Part shown: piece after piece, positions 49,695 to 52,881 of the stretch
Position numbering within the stretch: position 1 is the first letter of the stretch
Layout: each line of letters begins with the position of its first letter
Source of the DNA: Octopus bimaculoides
Taxonomy: Eukaryota
Reading direction: 5' to 3'
Assembly: GCF_001194135.2 (NCBI RefSeq)
Contig: NC_068981.1
Location: 159,071,402 to 159,124,282 of the forward strand
Length of the DNA: 52,881 nucleotides
Translations under genes and position numbers: made by a program
Notes under the pieces: generated by a model
Told to the model about the DNA's origin: nothing
The model's input: only the letters and a program-made list of their open reading frames with translations
Database searches by the model: none

Positions 49695-50950
49695 TGTAAC
49701 CACTCGACTTCGGGGTTCGAGTGGAAGTTGCGCCTGGTTTTATCATTATTCATAATTTCATTCATTTCTTTTTATTATTTCTTCCTTGCTCGATTTCCTT
49801 TTTATATTTTTGTTTCCCCGATTTTATGTTTTGTATTGTCTTTGTGCTGTATGAACGTCGAGTGCGCATGCGTAGTAAAACTAGTACTTAAAGAGTGAGT
49901 TTCACTTTCTTAGGCAGTTGAGCGACAGACCTTCTACGTGACAACTCCTCGCTCCTCAACGAAGCACTCTTCACCACGATGCCTTCGATGGTGATAGCTA
50001 CTTGCTTCTCTGGCAGGCATCAAGGAAGCTCTTAACTTTCCAATACCAACTACAACTCAATCAGCGGCTGCTAAGCTGAGTGACACAGGATTTATATAAC
50101 CAAGCATCATCAAAAATAAAACTTATTTTTATTATGTTGTTGAATTGTTCTACTGTTCCTTAATATATAATTATGTTGAAAGGTGATAGAGAGAGACTAA
50201 TGTCTCTATTACAATTATCAAACATTTAAACTGGTGACCCCGACGTGATTCTGTTCATGCAGTTTCTCTTTAATGGCGATTTTTGTGTCAGCTTTATGAC
50301 CAACCGTTTTTTCAGTTCTTTCACTACAATTACTTTTTTGTGTCGTCTGTTTTGTCTTCGACACACAGACTGGTGTGAGGCTATTGATGAAGCCTCAGAA
50401 GAGACACAGGCACCGNNNNNNNNNNNNNNNNNNNNNNNNNNNNNNNNNNNNNNNNNNNNNNNNNNNNNNNNNNNNNNNNNNNNNNNNNNNNNNNNNNNNN
50501 NNNNNNNNNNNNNNNNNNNNNNNNNNNNNNNNNNNNNNNNNNNNNNNNNNNNNNNNNNNNNNNNNNNNNNNNNNNNNNNNNNNNNNNNNNNNNNNNNNNN
50601 NNNNNNNNNGCGCACGTGAGCCGGCAGATGCGAGAAGAAAATCTTGCGTAGGAGAGGGGCGTCAGTTGACTCACCGCTCAAACGCAAAATTTTCTCACGT
50701 CTGCCTGCTCACGTGCGCACAATTTTGGCGACGGCGCTTGACGCCAACACTAAAAATCAAGTCGCCACCATGGCAGACAAAATTCTTGAATTTTCCGCAC
50801 AGCCTGCATACGGTGCCTGTGTCTCTTCTGAGGCTTCATCAATAGCCTCACACCAGTCTGTGTGTCGAAGACAAAACAGACGACACAAAAAAGTAATTGT
50901 AGTGAAAGAACTGAAAAAACGGTTGGTCCTAAAGCTGACACAAAAATCGA
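49695..50950 (+). mobile_element. Gypsy-type LTR element remnant: putative LTR, tRNA-Trp PBS and rearranged fold-back gag
   Basis: TGTAAC start at 49695; PBS TGGTGACCCCGACGTGAT at 50232-50249; gag-like SRLPAHVRTILA..VATMADKILE present in both orientations. Confidence 0.75.
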
Positions 50951-51847
50951 ACAGACATTTTCCTTGCATGCCATATTGTTATTTCTACCTTACTGTTTCT
51001 ATATAGATTGACCGCAATGAAGATCTTTTCATACTTATACAACACAATAGATTATGGTCAAACGTTTGTGTGGTGTTGTGACATCACAAGAAATGTTCTG
51101 TTAACTTGGTTTTACATGGGAACAACATGCAGCCTAAACACATCTCAATTCCTCCATCAGATCTCGTTAAACTTTAAAAAAAAAAGTAGCGTGTAAGGAC
51201 ACTCTTTATAAACTGAGACCACTAGACTCAGTGTTATTGTAATATCAAAGGATCTCGTTGTTATTTTGATCCGGGTCGTATATATTCGCATGTTCAGCTT
51301 CCAAGTTGTGATTGTAACTACTATCTTTTCTTTTCCCACGAACATCATTGTTAAGTGATTCTATATCTTATCATTTCCATATCATATTATGTAAATGCTA
51401 TCTATGTCAACTTAACATGTTTTTTTGTTTCTGAATTGTTGAGGAAACGACTTAATTTTAATTCCTAGTTTAGTATGCGAGTGTGTAGCGATTTACAGAT
51501 AGTTGACTGCACTGTACAATTTATATTATCAGCTCTTCTCGCATTCACTCCTTTCTTGTACCATACTCATTTCTTTTGGAAAGTATATATCTATTTCATG
51601 TAATTGCACACCACACGCCTATAATGAGAGTGCTATATATAATGTTATTGCTTCTGGAATATTTTCCTTAGAAGGTTGAGTCTGCAACCAAGGTTCGATT
51701 CCCGGAAAGAGCTAATTCTTTTATTCAACGAAGCACAAAGATGATATACAATCCAGCAAGTGAGCCTCTTTGCAGTTGCTCGACCTCCTCGAAAAAGAAG
51801 ATGGACTTCCTTTAAACCACGCCCCAGCCAGTGGTGTAACTACAATT

Positions 51848-52352
51848 GGTGCTACTTTGGCGTGTGATCTACAACTTAGAAGGCAATTACTTTAGGTTAC
51901 TTTTCAATTTCTAAAATCCCTTAAGATGTCGGCTAAAGATTTTTACAATATGGTCAGCAACGAGACGAAGACAGTTGCACTTTTACGAACAAATGGCCTT
52001 TTAGATAATGAAAAAAATGTTGCACCATGTCATCGTTGCGGTGGAGAAATGAAGGAAGTTCGAAGAAAAGGGGGAAACGGTGAAATTTTGCCAACTTATC
52101 AGTCTAACTGCACCGGAAATGTTTTTTCTATTATATTGATTCAAATAACAAAATCCATTGCAATATTTCTCTGTATCAAATTAATTATTTTTATTTTATT
52201 CAAAACGTCTCTTATGATAAGGTGCATCAGTTAACTGGTAGAAGTACTGAATCAAAATTTCACCGTTTTCCCTTTAGAAATTGAAATGTAAACTAAAAAG
52301 TAACCTAAAGTAATTGCCCTTTAAATTGTAGACCACACGCCAAAGTAGTACT
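51848..52352 (+). mobile_element. Internally deleted Merlin/ISXO2-like DNA transposon
   Basis: About 70-bp imperfect TIRs (51848-51915 / 52273-52352); ORF start DFYNMVSNETKTVALLRTNGLL..PCHRCGGEM resembles the Merlin transposase N-terminus. No TSD found. Confidence 0.55.
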
Positions 52353-52759
52353 CACGAGTTTTACCATCCAAGTACCTACTTGGATGGTAAAACTCCTCCG
52401 AAAAGCACAACATAATGCACTTCAAACATATTTGAACAAAAAGAAAAAGCGGTATATAAAGAAAAATATGTGATGAAAATTGGGATGCCCTATTAACTTA
52501 TAAACCGAAACAAATTAACATACAGTTAAACTGTTGCTACACAGTTCTGCCAGAATTCTATCAGATTGGGCAGTAGATAATGATACACCGTTTTGCATTA
52601 TGTTCAAAGTAACTTCTTGAATGTGGTGAATTGCTGCAGTCTGTTGCTGTCTTTTTAAACGGAGGCATAATCTATGTACATATTAAACAGAACAACAAAA
52701 TTTATAACAGATGGGAGGGTCGGTAGTTTTCACATTTCGGTGATTTTTCAGATTAACAC

Positions 52760-52881
52760 CCGCACGATTACGTAACCCTAACCCTAAAACCGTAACCGTA
52801 AGACTAACCCTCATCGTAACCCTAAAACCGTAACCCTGACCCCAAAACCGTAACCCTAACACCCTAGTGAAAATCGTGCGG
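52760..52881. repeat. Degenerate (TAACCC)n telomere-like array bracketed by a 10-bp inverted repeat
   Basis: ccgcacgatt at 52760-52769 and aatcgtgcgg at 52872-52881 with taaccc/taaaaccg units between them. Confidence 0.8.

Overview
AT-rich, repeat-dense eukaryotic genomic DNA with about nine N-gaps. The repeat families and microsatellite load resemble octopus (cephalopod) genomes; this species call is an inference. The main content is one multi-exon minus-strand gene of the LBP/BPI (lipopolysaccharide-binding / bactericidal permeability-increasing protein) family. I rebuilt it by eye from 12 GT-AG exons between 46429 and 3290. One internal exon, needed for phase between 26119 and 23048, was not found, and the last exons probably lie left of the window. 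Introns and flanks carry tRNA-derived SINEs, RTE and R4/Dong-type LINE remnants, two Gypsy-type LTR remnants with recognisable primer-binding sites, and mariner/Tc1, piggyBac, Merlin-like and Helentron-like DNA elements. The most notable non-coding observations are four minimal hammerhead-ribozyme-like motifs (one inside a perfect 98-bp-arm palindrome), a Helentron+SINE composite duplicated 23 kb apart, a fold-back gag, a perfect CLEAR/E-box palindrome upstream of the gene, and a short telomere-like repeat between inverted repeats. All coordinates were read by eye; repeat boundaries are approximate.
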